Shown piece after piece: positions 1 to 11,000 of a stretch of 64,000 nt of DNA; positions within the stretch are counted from its first letter, which is position 1, and each line of letters opens with the position of its first letter. The DNA lies in NCBI GenBank assembly GCA_963716725.1, contig CAVQUB010000013.1:192001-256000 (forward strand). The letters run 5' to 3'. A model generated the notes under the pieces. The model saw nothing but the letters and a program-made list of their open reading frames with translations, did not search any database and had not been told where the DNA came from. The position numbers and the translations under genes are program-made. This stretch comes from an uncultured delta proteobacterium (lineage in GTDB: Bacteria > Myxococcota_A > Polyangia > Polyangiales > Polyangiaceae).

Positions 1-2660
1 CCTGCAAGGCCGAGTGCAGCGCGCCGGTGAATGGTTCCGCTGCGTGTGACCTCGGCGCATGCGATCTGGTGTGCAAGGCAGGGCACGCGCTCTGCGACGT
101 GACCTGCATCGACACCGCCAAAGACCCCGACAACTGTGGGGGCTGCGCCGCGGAGTGTCCCGCGGTCGACAACGGGGCCCGCACCTGCGCGACAGGCAAC
201 TGCGGGGCGGCTTGCGATCCGGGCTTCACGAGCTGCGGCGACGACGGCTGCGTCAACACGCAGACGGCGCCCACCCACTGCGGGAGCTGCGGGACCATCT
301 GCGACACCGGCGGGGTTTGCTACAAGGGAGGCTGCGGCACGAGCTGCAACGAGCTGACCCAGTGTGGCGCGGCCTGCGTCGATCCCCAGCACGACGTCCA
401 GCACTGCGGCGCCTGTGGGAACGCCTGCCCCGCTCCGCCCAATGGCAAGGCCAGCTGCATCGGCGGCAAGTGCACCGGCACCTGCGATGCGGGCTTCACC
501 CAATGCGGTTCGCTCTGCATCGACACCAAGACCGACCCGAATCACTGCGGCGGATGCAGCGCGGCTTGCACGGCTCCGTCCAACGCAACCGCCACCTGCT
601 CGGCGTCGGGATGCGGCTTCGTCTGCGGGGCGGGTTTCATCAAATGCGGCGACAAGTGCCTGGATGTCCTGACCGACGCCGCGAACTGCGGGGGCTGCAG
701 CAACGCTTGCAAAGCCGGCGAGGTGTGCGGCAGCGGCCAGTGCGCGAGCAGCTGCGCCTCGGGGACCACGCAGTGCGGCACGCAATGCGTGATCACCAAC
801 ACCGACCCAACCAACTGCGGCGGATGCGGCACGGCCTGCTCGGGCGTCGAGAACGGGGCGCCGACCTGCAGTGGCGGAGCGTGCAACTTCACCTGCAACA
901 GCGGCTTTGCCAAATGTGACGGCCAGTGCATCAACACCTCGAGTAACAAGGCTCACTGCGGCGGATGCGGCAGTGCTTGCCCGGCAGCGCCGGTCGGCGG
1001 GAACATGGCCTGCGTGGGCGGCTCGTGCACCCCCAGTTGCGGCAGCAGCCTGTCCCTCTGCGGTGGCGTCTGCGTCAACAAACAGAACGACAACAACAAC
1101 TGCGGTTCTTGCGGCAAGATCTGCGGATCTGGAAAGGTGTGCTCGAACGGCAGTTGCACGCTCGACTGCCCCACGGGCACCACCAACTGCGGCGGTCAGT
1201 GCGTGGCGACCGGCTCCGACCTGCTGCATTGCGGCAGTTGCGGTAACGCCTGCGGGGCGCCGCCGGGCGGGCAGGCGTCGTGCTCGGGGGGGAAGTGCGG
1301 CTTCAACTGCACCGGGGGACTCCTCGAGTGCGGCACCTCATGTGTCAACTCGAGCCAGCTGCCCAACTGCGGCGGGTGTGGAAACACCTGCCTTCCGGCG
1401 CCACCCAATGGATTCCCCATCTGCGTCGGCAGTGCCTGCAACTTCGACTGCATCGCGAGCCACACGAAGTGTGGCAACGCCTGCGTCAATACGCAGAACG
1501 ACAACAACAACTGCGGCGGATGCGCGATCGCCTGCGGGGGCGGCAAGGTCTGCCAGTCCGGACAGTGCACGACCGTGTGCACCTCGCCGGCGGTGAACTG
1601 CAACGGTCAGTGCGTGAACACCAGCACTGACCCCCAGCACTGCGGAGTCTGCGGCCATGCCTGCCCCTTCGGGCCCAACAGCAGCGCGCAGTGCGCGGCT
1701 GGGAAGTGCAGCTTGGCCTGCACCTCGCCCTGGCAAGACTGCAACCAGACTCCCAGCGACGGCTGCGAGGTGAACCCCGGCTCGGATGCCCTGAACTGCG
1801 GCGCTTGCGGACGTACTTGCAGCGACACCGACGTGATGAGCATCCAGTGCACAGGCGGGCTGTGCAAATCGTTCTGCCAGCTGGGCTACAGCAACTGCAA
1901 CTTCCCGACTCCAGGCACGAAAGAGGACGGTTGCGAGACCGCTCCGGGCGCCAGCCAGTGCGGGAGCTGCGGAGCGAACTGCACCCTGCAGGGGTACGGG
2001 AGCGAGAAGCTGGTGTGCGATCCCGGCACCACCCCTCTGGTCACCTGCGGTTGCAGCAAGGCCACCCAGTGCTCGCCGTCGGCAGCGAACAGCGAAGGCT
2101 GCCAGTCCGGTCTTTGCGTCTGCGGAAGCGCGACCTGCAAAGCGGGCGAAGTTTGCAAGCTGGTCGGCGTGCAGAGCGATGCCGGCACCGGTGGTACCAG
2201 CGGAACCGGGGGCACCAGCGGAACCGGGGGAACCAGCGGAACCGGGGGCACCAGCGGAACCGGGGGCTTCAGCGGAACCAGCGGAACCGGGGGCACCAGC
2301 GGAACCGGGGGAACCAGCGGAACCGGGGGAACCAGCGGAACCGGGGGCACCAGCGGCAACAGCTATATCTGCTCCTGCAACGGCGGCGAAGCGTGCCCGG
2401 AGACCCTTTGGGGCACCAACGTTTGCTGCCCGGGACTGGGATGCGTGGAGGTGGAGCAAGACGCACAGAATTGCGGAGCTTGCGGGCGCGGCTGCCCACC
2501 GGACTTCACCTGCTCGAACGCCCAATGCCGGTGCGCAGCGACCAGCTGCAACATGGGCGGGAACAACCCGGCGTGCAGCCCCGCCACCGGTCGCTGCTCG
2601 TGCAACGGTCAACTCTGCGCCGAGGGCGAGCGCTGCTTCCCCGGCGTTGGATGCCGCTGA
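1..2660 (+). CDS. Cysteine-rich repeat surface protein (NCGxCG repeats, myxobacterial MXAN_6577/Stig1-like), 5'-truncated by the window edge
   Basis: Frame is open from base 3 (CKAECSAPVNG...) and collinear with the internal part of the downstream paralog. Many D/N-x-x-(N/H)CGxCGxxC modules; (GTGGTS)n linker near the C-terminus. Confidence 0.85.
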   Translation, partial: CKAECSAPVNGSAACDLGACDLVCKAGHALCDVTCIDTAKDPDNCGGCAAECPAVDNGARTCATGNCGAACDPGFTSCGDDGCVNTQTAPTHCGSCGTICDTGGVCYKGGCGTSCNELTQCGAACVDPQHDVQHCGACGNACPAPPNGKASCIGGKCTGTCDAGFTQCGSLCIDTKTDPNHCGGCSAACTAPSNATATCSASGCGFVCGAGFIKCGDKCLDVLTDAANCGGCSNACKAGEVCGSGQCASSCASGTTQCGTQCVITNTDPTNCGGCGTACSGVENGAPTCSGGACNFTCNSGFAKCDGQCINTSSNKAHCGGCGSACPAAPVGGNMACVGGSCTPSCGSSLSLCGGVCVNKQNDNNNCGSCGKICGSGKVCSNGSCTLDCPTGTTNCGGQCVATGSDLLHCGSCGNACGAPPGGQASCSGGKCGFNCTGGLLECGTSCVNSSQLPNCGGCGNTCLPAPPNGFPICVGSACNFDCIASHTKCGNACVNTQNDNNNCGGCAIACGGGKVCQSGQCTTVCTSPAVNCNGQCVNTSTDPQHCGVCGHACPFGPNSSAQCAAGKCSLACTSPWQDCNQTPSDGCEVNPGSDALNCGACGRTCSDTDVMSIQCTGGLCKSFCQLGYSNCNFPTPGTKEDGCETAPGASQCGSCGANCTLQGYGSEKLVCDPGTTPLVTCGCSKATQCSPSAANSEGCQSGLCVCGSATCKAGEVCKLVGVQSDAGTGGTSGTGGTSGTGGTSGTGGTSGTGGFSGTSGTGGTSGTGGTSGTGGTSGTGGTSGNSYICSCNGGEACPETLWGTNVCCPGLGCVEVEQDAQNCGACGRGCPPDFTCSNAQCRCAATSCNMGGNNPACSPATGRCSCNGQLCAEGERCFPGVGCR
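2184..2357 (+). repeat. 18-bp coding tandem repeat (GGAACCGGGGGCACCAGC-like), about 9.5 units, encoding a GTGGTS linker
   Basis: Read directly from the sequence; one unit is a half copy (GTS). Confidence 0.95.
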
Positions 2661-2730
2661 GATCTCGGGACGCCGCTGAAGGGCGGTAGGTGCGAGTGCG
2701 GAAACGTCGGCGGTCTCGTGGGTGCGCCGA

Positions 2731-2760
2731 TTGAGCGCCGCGGACGGCGCGTGTTAGCCT
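2731..2760 (+). promoter_or_regulatory. Putative sigma-70-type promoter of a near-leaderless gene (TTGAGC-N18-TAGCCT, extended -10 TG)
   Basis: TAnnnT box ends 8 nt before GTG 2769; no Shine-Dalgarno. Confidence 0.45.
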
Positions 2761-2768
2761 GAGCTTCC

Positions 2769-5513
2769 GTGCCTCGATCTGCCTGGCGTCATCTGCTCGC
2801 CGTCCTCGTCGCGACTGCGCTCGGGAGCTGTGTCGTCGCCATCGACGACGTCCAGCCGGCGGGCAGCGGCGGCGCCGACGCCGGCACCGACGCCGACCCT
2901 TGCGCGAGCTGCAAATCCAACGAGACCTGCTGCGACGGCGCCTGCGTCGACACCACCGAGACCTCCGCTCACTGCGGCGGCTGCAACAAGCCTTGTCCGG
3001 GAACGACCTGCATTTCGTCAGAGTGCACCAACGACTGCAAGCTCGGGAGCGCGGATTGCGACGGCAACCTAGTGAACGGCTGTGAGGCCCAGGTCGCCAC
3101 CGATCCGAAGAACTGCGGCGCTTGCCAGGCCGAGTGCAGCGCGCCATCCGGGGGCAGCGCCAGCTGCGTCCAAGGCGTCTGCGCCCTGGAGTGCAACCCG
3201 GGTCGCAAGCTCTGCGACGTCACCTGCGTCGACGCCTCGATGGACCCAAGCAACTGCGGAGGCTGCGCGACCGAGTGCCCTCCGGTCACCAACGGCGCTC
3301 GCACCTGCGCGGCTGGCAAATGCGGAGCGGCCTGCGACGCCGGCTTCACTGCTTGCGGTTCCGACGGCTGCGTGAACACCAAGACCGAGCCGGTGCATTG
3401 CGGGAGCTGCGGCACCACCTGCGACACCGGCAACGTCTGCTACAAGGGCGCCTGCGGCTCGAGCTGCAACGAGCTCGTCCAATGCGGCGCATCGTGCGTC
3501 GACTCACAAACGGACCCGCAGCACTGCGGCGCCTGCGGCAACGCCTGCCCAACGCCGCAGAACGGCAAGCCGACGTGCACGGCCGGCAAGTGCGGAGGCT
3601 CATGCGACTCGAGCTTCACCCAGTGCGGCGCGCTCTGCATCGACACCAAGACCAACAACAACCACTGCGGGAGCTGTGGCAAGGTGTGCACGGCGCCGCC
3701 CAACTCGACCGCTACCTGCGCTGCCGGCGGCTGCGGCTTCGTGTGCGACGCCGGCTTCGCGAAGTGCGGCGGCAAATGCGTCGACACCAGCGGCGATCCC
3801 AACAACTGCGGCGCCTGCGGCACCACCTGCCCCGACGGCAAGGTCTGCGCCGCCGGCAAGTGTGCGACGGGCTGCCCGACGGGCACCACGCAGTGCAGCA
3901 CCGAGTGCGCCAACACGAAGACCAGCGCGACTCACTGCGGCGCCTGCGGCGTGGCCTGTCCGGGAGCGCCCAACGGCTCCCCAAGCTGTGCCGATGGAAA
4001 ATGCGCCCTCGCCTGCGATACGGGGTTTGCACCCTGCAATGGCGCGTGCCTGAACATTGGCGGTGACACGCTGAACTGCGGCGCGTGCGGCACGGTTTGC
4101 CCGGCCGCGCCGCCCGCTGGGTCCATGAGTTGCGTAGGGGGAGTCTGCAAGCCGAGCTGCAACGCGGGGCTAGCCCTTTGCGGCGGCGCCTGCGTCAACA
4201 AACAGACCGACAACAACCACTGCGGCGCGTGTGGCGCCGCCTGCGGCGCGGGCATGGTCTGTTCGAACGGCGCTTGCACGGTGAGTTGCCCGGCCGGCAC
4301 CACCAAGTGCGGCGGGCAGTGCGTGGCGACCGGTTCTGATCTGCTCCACTGCGGCGCGTGCAGCAACGTTTGCGCCGCGCCGGCCGGCGCACAGGCGTTT
4401 TGCTCGAATTCGACCTGCGGCTTCAACTGCACCGGTGGCCTGCTCAAGTGTGGCGGCTCCTGCGTCGATCCGACCAAGCTGCCGAACTGCGGCGGGTGCG
4501 GAGTCACTTGCCTGCCGGTACCGAACAACGCGTTCGCAACCTGCGCTTCCAGCAAGTGCAGCTTCGGATGCAACGCCGGGCTCACCAAGTGCAGCAACGC
4601 TTGCGTCAACACTCAGACCGACAAGAACAACTGCGGCGGGTGCGCGGTCGTGTGCGGCACCGGCAAGGTCTGTCAGGCGGGACAGTGCGTGATTTCGTGC
4701 ACGCCCCCGCTCTCGAACTGCGGCGGGCAGTGCGTGGACAATCAGACCAACCCGCAGCACTGCGGCGTCTGCAGCGGCGCGTGCCCCGCCGCTCCGCAAG
4801 GCACTGCCACCTGCGGCGGCGGCGTCTGCGGCTTCGTCTGCAACCCCAGCTACGCCGACTGCAACGGGGCGAAGGCCGACGGTTGCGAGATCAGCACCGG
4901 GCTCGACCCGCTACACTGCGGCGGTTGTGGTCGAGCGTGCAGCACCGCCAACGTGCTCTCGCTCGCTTGCAGCAACGGAACCTGCACGCCCTACTGCGCC
5001 TTTGGCTTCGACGACTGCAAGACGCCATCCACCGACGACGGCTGCGAGACGAAGACGATTGCGGACACCGCCAACTGCGGCACCTGTGCCAATGCCTGCG
5101 GGAACCTGAAGACCTGCGCGCTGGGGCAGTGCGGCTGCGGCGCAGACGCCGAGTGCGGCGTGGGCGGCGCCTGCAAGGCGGAGCACTGCTTCTGCGGCGG
5201 CGGCGCCTGCAATGCGGGCGAGGTGTGCGTGGGGCAGAAGTGCAGCTGCAACGGCGCCGAGCGTTGCGACACGGGCGCCACTTGCTGCAAAGCGGGCTGC
5301 CGCGACCTGAGCGCCGATCCCAAGAACTGCGGAGCCTGCGGACGAAACTGTCCCGACGGCTTCGCCTGTAGCAGTGGATCCTGCCTCTGCGGATCGGACG
5401 ACTCCTGCTCTCTGGGCAGCGAGGGCAAATGCAGCCCGGCCGGGAATTGCAGTTGCGGCACGGGGGACTGCCAGCCCGGAGAACGTTGCCTTCCCAATGG
5501 CAAGTGTGGCTGA
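2769..5513 (+). CDS. Cysteine-rich repeat lipoprotein (914 aa), paralog of the upstream gene
   Basis: Signal peptide with lipobox (ALGSC); repeated NCGxCG modules collinear with 1..2660. Confidence 0.9.
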   Translation: MPRSAWRHLLAVLVATALGSCVVAIDDVQPAGSGGADAGTDADPCASCKSNETCCDGACVDTTETSAHCGGCNKPCPGTTCISSECTNDCKLGSADCDGNLVNGCEAQVATDPKNCGACQAECSAPSGGSASCVQGVCALECNPGRKLCDVTCVDASMDPSNCGGCATECPPVTNGARTCAAGKCGAACDAGFTACGSDGCVNTKTEPVHCGSCGTTCDTGNVCYKGACGSSCNELVQCGASCVDSQTDPQHCGACGNACPTPQNGKPTCTAGKCGGSCDSSFTQCGALCIDTKTNNNHCGSCGKVCTAPPNSTATCAAGGCGFVCDAGFAKCGGKCVDTSGDPNNCGACGTTCPDGKVCAAGKCATGCPTGTTQCSTECANTKTSATHCGACGVACPGAPNGSPSCADGKCALACDTGFAPCNGACLNIGGDTLNCGACGTVCPAAPPAGSMSCVGGVCKPSCNAGLALCGGACVNKQTDNNHCGACGAACGAGMVCSNGACTVSCPAGTTKCGGQCVATGSDLLHCGACSNVCAAPAGAQAFCSNSTCGFNCTGGLLKCGGSCVDPTKLPNCGGCGVTCLPVPNNAFATCASSKCSFGCNAGLTKCSNACVNTQTDKNNCGGCAVVCGTGKVCQAGQCVISCTPPLSNCGGQCVDNQTNPQHCGVCSGACPAAPQGTATCGGGVCGFVCNPSYADCNGAKADGCEISTGLDPLHCGGCGRACSTANVLSLACSNGTCTPYCAFGFDDCKTPSTDDGCETKTIADTANCGTCANACGNLKTCALGQCGCGADAECGVGGACKAEHCFCGGGACNAGEVCVGQKCSCNGAERCDTGATCCKAGCRDLSADPKNCGACGRNCPDGFACSSGSCLCGSDDSCSLGSEGKCSPAGNCSCGTGDCQPGERCLPNGKCG

Positions 5514-5901
5514 ACTGCGCTGGCTGGTGGCGGTCCTTTGCGTTGCGTGCGCCGAGGACGATTTGGCGGGTTCCCTGGCGCAGGGGCAGTGCGGCCCGGA
5601 GCAGGACTGCGCGGCGGGTTACGAGTGCAGTTCGCAGAACGAGTGCGTGCCGCTCTCGGACGCCGGTCCTGATTCGGCCTGCGGCACCTGTGCTCTTGGA
5701 TTCATCTGCTGCAACACTGCCTGCGTCGACAAGAACGCGGACCCGGCTCACTGCGGGAGCTGCTCGATCGCGTGTCCGGGCACCATCTGCCAGGCGGGCT
5801 CGTGCACGAACGACTGCCAACCGGGCTTGGCGAACTGCAACCTGAACGTGTTCGACGGCTGCGAAGCACCGGCCACGAGCTGCCCGCCCGACGCGGGCTG
5901 A
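5497..5901 (+). CDS. Small cysteine-rich putative lipoprotein
   Basis: Start ATG 5497 or GTG 5506 overlaps the upstream stop. Signal LVAVLCVAC. C-terminal half resembles the first module of the 2769 protein (CCxxACVD..HCGxC..CPGT.C...CTNDC). Confidence 0.75.
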   Translation: MASVAELRWLVAVLCVACAEDDLAGSLAQGQCGPEQDCAAGYECSSQNECVPLSDAGPDSACGTCALGFICCNTACVDKNADPAHCGSCSIACPGTICQAGSCTNDCQPGLANCNLNVFDGCEAPATSCPPDAG

Positions 5902-5902
5902 T

Positions 5903-7678
5903 TCAGGGCGCGGCCGGCACGGCCTTCTTGCGCAGCGTGACCAGCTTCTCGGCCTGAATGCGCTCGGCGGCGTCCGGATCGACGTAGTCGCTGTGACAGC
6001 TGGCCTTGTCGCCTTGGCGCGCGCCGACGGCGCTCTGGGTCTTGGTGGCCAGGCGATGGATCTCTTCCGGGGGCAAGACGCCGCGCTTCTCGAGCACCGC
6101 ACGCTGCTCGTCCGAGAGCGCCGGGCTCTTCAGCACGCGCTCGCGCTCAAAGCCCTCGGCCTTGCCGCTAGCAAATTCGACAATCTCCTTCGAGATGCGC
6201 ACCGAACACCAATCGTGGCCGCACATCGCGCAAAAATCCGTGTCGACGTCCAGATCTTCGTCGTGCAGCGCCCGGGCGTAGTCTCCGTCGAAGGCAAGCT
6301 CGAAGTGCTTCTCCCAATTGAGCGCGGCGCGGGCCTTGGTCAGGTTGTCGTCCCAGTCGCGCGTGCCCGGGATGCCCAGCGCCACGTCGGCGGCGTGGGC
6401 CGCGATCTTGTAGGCGATGCAGCCCTGCTTCACGTCGTCGCGCTTGGGCAGCCCAACGTGCTCCTTCGGCGTGACGTAGCAGAGCATGGCCGCACCGTGA
6501 TAGGCCGCCGCCGTCGCCCCAATGCAGCTCGTAATGTGATCGTAGCCGGGGAACACGTCGGTGACGATGGGCCCGAGCACGTAGAACGGCGCCCCGTGAC
6601 ACAGGCGTCGCTCGAGTTTCATGTTGTATTCGATCTGATCGAAGGGCACGTGACCCGGCCCCTCGATCATGACCTGCACACCCTTGCGCCACGCGCGCTC
6701 GGTCAGCTCGCCCAGCGTCTCGAGCTCGCGGAGTTGCGCCTCGTCGCTGGCGTCCGCGAGGCCTCCCGGTCGAAGGCCGTCCCCCAGCGAGAACGCCACG
6801 TCGAACTCCCGCATCACGTCGCAGATGCGCTCGAAGGCGGAGTACATGGGGTTCTCCTGGCCGTGTACCAGCATCCATTTGGCCAGCAGTGAGCCGCCGC
6901 GGCTGACGATGCCGATCGCGCGGCGCCTCACCAGAGGCAGGTGCTCGCGCAGGAGCCCTGCGTGGATGGTGAAGTAGTCGACGCCTTGGCGAGCCTGGTG
7001 TCTGAGGGTCTCGAGGATCATCTCTTCCCCGAGCTCTTCGATCTTGCGCCCAATGATCATCGAGTAGATGGGCACCGTGCCGATGGGCACGCTGGACGCG
7101 CGAAGAATAGCCTCGCGGCAGGCGTCGAGATCGCCGCCGGTCGACAGATCCATCACCGTATCGGCGCCCCAGCGCACCGACCACCGCATCTTCTCGACCT
7201 CTTCGTCGGTCCCGCTCGACACAGGGGACGCGCCGAGGTTTGCGTTGACCTTGGTACCTCCGGCGCGACCGATGCACATCGCGTCGAGCCCGTATCCGAG
7301 GTGAACCCGGTTGGCGGGGATGATCATGCGGCCGGCGCCGACCTCGTCGCGCACCTGTTCCGGAGTCAGGTGCGGCTCGCGCTCGGCGACCCGACGCATC
7401 TCGGGCGTGACGGCGCCGAGGCGCGCGTGCTCGAGCTGGGTGACCGGAACGAAACCCGCTGGAGCCTTCGCGAAGCCACTGCTCTGGCGCAGCCAACCCT
7501 CGGGGAGGAAGTCCCATGCGGTCTTGTCGCTCGGCTGCGGCATGCCCGGCGTGTCCGGCGAAGAAAACGCGAGCGGCCCGCCAATGTCGGCCCGCTCTGC
7601 AAACGAGCCGGGGGTCGTGCCCTCGCCCAGGGTCGACGGATTTGGGGCGCCACGAAGCGGCAGGGTCCACGCGGGCAT
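5903..7678 (-). CDS. thiC: Phosphomethylpyrimidine synthase ThiC
   Basis: [40 protein letters not shown] and CAMCGxxxC cluster motifs. AGGAAGG SD before ATG 7678 (alternative start 7543). Confidence 0.97.
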   Translation of the reverse strand: MPAWTLPLRGAPNPSTLGEGTTPGSFAERADIGGPLAFSSPDTPGMPQPSDKTAWDFLPEGWLRQSSGFAKAPAGFVPVTQLEHARLGAVTPEMRRVAEREPHLTPEQVRDEVGAGRMIIPANRVHLGYGLDAMCIGRAGGTKVNANLGASPVSSGTDEEVEKMRWSVRWGADTVMDLSTGGDLDACREAILRASSVPIGTVPIYSMIIGRKIEELGEEMILETLRHQARQGVDYFTIHAGLLREHLPLVRRRAIGIVSRGGSLLAKWMLVHGQENPMYSAFERICDVMREFDVAFSLGDGLRPGGLADASDEAQLRELETLGELTERAWRKGVQVMIEGPGHVPFDQIEYNMKLERRLCHGAPFYVLGPIVTDVFPGYDHITSCIGATAAAYHGAAMLCYVTPKEHVGLPKRDDVKQGCIAYKIAAHAADVALGIPGTRDWDDNLTKARAALNWEKHFELAFDGDYARALHDEDLDVDTDFCAMCGHDWCSVRISKEIVEFASGKAEGFERERVLKSPALSDEQRAVLEKRGVLPPEEIHRLATKTQSAVGARQGDKASCHSDYVDPDAAERIQAEKLVTLRKKAVPAAP

Positions 7679-7729
7679 ATTCGATAGTCCTTCCTGTCAC
7701 TCGAAGTGGAACGGACGCCGGGGCCGCCG

Positions 7730-7816
7730 GTCGCCGCATTCCTCCGCTGGTCCGAACCAGATCAGGTTTGCGGGTTCTTCTCAGCTGCCCCAATTTGGGA
7801 CCGCGCCCCGAGCGAC
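7730..7816 (-). promoter_or_regulatory. TPP riboswitch upstream of thiC
   Basis: Minus strand reads GTCGCT-CGGGGCGC...GCTGAGA-AGA-ACCCG-CAA-ACCTGATCTGGTTCGGACCAGCGGAGGAA...GGCGAC, matching the TPP aptamer core (GCUGAGA, CCUGAUC..CCAGCG.AGG). Lies directly 5' of thiC. Confidence 0.93.
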
Positions 7817-8059
7817 TCACGAGTCGTAGGCCAGAAGGCAGCCGATCGCCAGGGCCCAATGAGGCCGCGGCGCGGCGCGTGCAAAAGCACAAGCGGGCGC
7901 AATAAAGTGCCGCTCGAGCCACCCGCTGCCGCGTCGACTCCAAGGCAGTGCCTGTGGGCGATGCGCCGAGGAGGGCGCACCGTGTGTGCCTCACGCGAGG
8001 CTTGTTGCGCAGCGAACGGGTCGTCTATGCTGAAGGGCCATTTTGGGCGAGGAGCAAAC

Positions 8060-11000
8060 ATGTCTAGGTTCATCGCGCTGGCGGCCGCAGCCGCCTTCTC
8101 ATTGTCGCTGGTCGGTGCCAACGGCTGCGGGGGTAACAACCGGCCTGGACGGCTGCCACCAGGCGTGAACCCAGGGTTGTCGACCGAGGTCGTCTCGACC
8201 TACGCCGAGCCGCTGATCGTGGACTGGGACTCCGGGCATCGCACGGATCTCGAGGTCCTGACGCGCGATCGAATCGCCGTGGTGCGCTACCAGAAGAACG
8301 CCATCAAGATGTTGAAAGACTGCTCGCTCGAGGGCGAGTACGGCTACGTCGGCGTCAACAAGAAAGAAGACGTCATCCGCATGGACTCGCTCGACGAGGT
8401 CGCGGCGAACCTTCCGGGCATCTTCGCCACCGCGGGCGCCAAGCTCGGCGCCGAGATGCAGAAAGGCTCGACCATCGATCTCGGCCTGGTGACCGTCGGC
8501 AAGCGCACCGCGGTCCGCACCAGCGCCGAGCGCTCGGAGCTCAAGGGCGAGTGCGACGGCGCAACCCACTTCGTCCGTGGGGCGACCATCGGCGCCTTCG
8601 CGGTGCAGACCGGTCAGAAGTCGAAGCTGGCCACCGTGGCGGGCCTGTTCGGAGCGGGGTTGGAGGCCAGGTCGACCAACAGCAGCTCGGTGTCCAACAA
8701 GGACGGCTCGATTCAGAAGTGCGACAGCGCGACCACCGACGCGAAGAACGCGCCCGAGGGTTGCGGCTCGCTCCTACGCCTCGAGCTCCGACCCTTCGAC
8801 GCACCGAAGAAGGTGGCACGCAAGGACGACAAGGGCAGCGTGGTCAAGGCCGACGAAATCCCCGAGTGCAGCCCGGGCTTGGTCTGGGACGGCAGCAAAT
8901 GCGCCTCCAAGAACGCCACCAAGTCCTTCGCTTGCACCGGCAAGGACCAAGCGCAGTGCCGAAGCCAGTGCGAGAAGAACAACGCCAAGAGCTGCACGCA
9001 GCTGGCCCGCCTCTTCCGCAACGCGGGCAAGGATCCGATCCAGGCCGTGGAGTTCTTCAAGAAAGCGTGCCGTCTGGGCGACGAGGCCGCCTGCGCCGAG
9101 CACGGCTGGCACCTGCTCAACGGCATCGACGTCCTCGCGGACAAGTTCAAGGCCTTCGAGACCTTCCAAAAGGCCTGCACGGCGGGTGACGGCCTCGGCT
9201 GTTCATTCTTGGCCGGCATGCACCGCGCCGGCATCGCTCCCGAGGCCACACCCCAGAAGGCCTTTAGCCTGTTCAAGCGCGCCTGCGACGGCGGCCTGTC
9301 CGAGGGCTGCGTCGAGTTCGGTACCATGTACGAAAAGGGGATCGGGACGACGCGAGATGCCAAGAAGGCATTGACGATTTACGAACGGACCTGCCGCGCC
9401 GACAACCCCGACGCCTGCGCCCACGCGGGTAGCTTGTTCACGAACGAGCGACGCGGCGCCGGCCTCGATCGCCAGAAGGCCCGTGAGCTCTTCACGACCT
9501 CCTGCGACAAGGGCAGCGCGCTCGGCTGCACCGAGCTCGGCAACATGTTCTTCGGCGGAGCGGGGCTCGAGCGCGACAAGCAGTCCGAGCACGACTCGGA
9601 GGCAGCCAAGCTCTACGAAAAGGCCTGCGGGCTCTGGGGCGGAGCGGAAGGCTGCGCCCGGCTGGGCAACATGCTGATCAAGGGCTGGGGGGTAAAGCGG
9701 GACTCTTTCCGTGGCGTCCAGCGGATCGAGGAAGGCTGCTCGAAGGGCAGCGGTTTCGCCTGCGCCGAACTCGGCAAGATCTACGCGGGCGGCATCTACA
9801 AGGCCCGCGACCCGGTCAAGGCCTACGAGTACTACCAGAAGGCCTGCAGTCTGTTCGACGGAGAGGGCTGCCGGTTGATCGCGCAGCTGTACCGCAACGG
9901 AGAAGGCGTCGCTCGCGACTCCAAGCGTTCCCACGAGTTCTTCGAGCGTGGTTGCAAGACCGGGCATTTGCCTTCGTGCCACCAGGTGGCCGTCGATCTG
10001 TATCAGGCCGTCGGCACGACGCGCGATCTCACCAAGGCCCTCAACTACTACGAGAACGCTTGCGGAGGCGGTTTTGCCAAGTCGTGCAACGAGGTCGGCT
10101 TCCTCTACGACAAGGGCGAAGGCGGCGTGAAGCAGGACAAGCAGAAAGCGGCCCAGTCCTTCGAAAAGGGCTGTGAGTGGGGCGACGGTTGGTCCTGCGA
10201 AAACCTAGGCCGCTACATCGAGCAGAAGATCTACAAAGCGCCGTCCCAAGACCGAGCGCTCGACCTCTTCGCCAAGGCCTGTGAGGCTGCGGAGGGCGAT
10301 CCGACCGCCTGCGCGCGCCTCGCCAACCGCTACTTCAACGGGGTGGGCATCGAGAAGGACGCGATGAAGGGCATCCAGTTCCTGCGGCGGGGCTGCGACG
10401 CCAAACGCGACAACCAGAGCTGCGTGCAGCTCGCCGACGTCTATCGCGTCGGTAAATTCGGCGCCGCCACCAACGCCACGGAAGCGATCAAGTACTACGA
10501 CCGAGCGTGTTTGGGACGCGTCGAATCGGCCTGTGAATCCAAAGCCGAAATGTACGCAAAGGGCCTCGGAGTCTCGGCCAACCCGACCGAGGCCGCGCGC
10601 ATCCGCCAGCAGAGCTGCGATCGCGGCAACACCATCGGCTGCCGCAACTTGGCTTTGATGTACAAAGAGGGCGTCGGCGTGCCCAAGAAGGACCCGGCCA
10701 TGGCCGCGACCCTTCACGAGAAAGCCTGCAACCTACGCTCGAACGCCGACTGCTACGAGCTCGCGCTCATGTACGAGAAGGGCGAGGGCGTGAAGCAAGA
10801 CGGCAAGCGAGTCGCCAGCCTGTTCCAGCGCGCCTGCGGCTTCGGCAACTACGAGGCCTGCTCGAACCTCGGCTACTACATCTTCAAGGGTGCCGCGGAC
10901 CACAAGAAGGACACGACCATCGGGCTGGCTCGGCTCCGACAGGGCTGCAGCAGCTACAGCTGGCGCTACAAGGACGAGAAAGAGAAGATCAAGAACGTCT

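Noticed and set aside
2184..2357. 18-bp repeat (and the 9-bp repeat at 62041) as a phase-variation switch
   Set aside because: Unit lengths are multiples of three, so copy changes alter linker length only.
7706..8059. N-terminal extension of the SEL1 protein given in the ORF track
   Set aside because: It overlaps the TPP riboswitch, and the SD plus signal peptide place the start at 8060.
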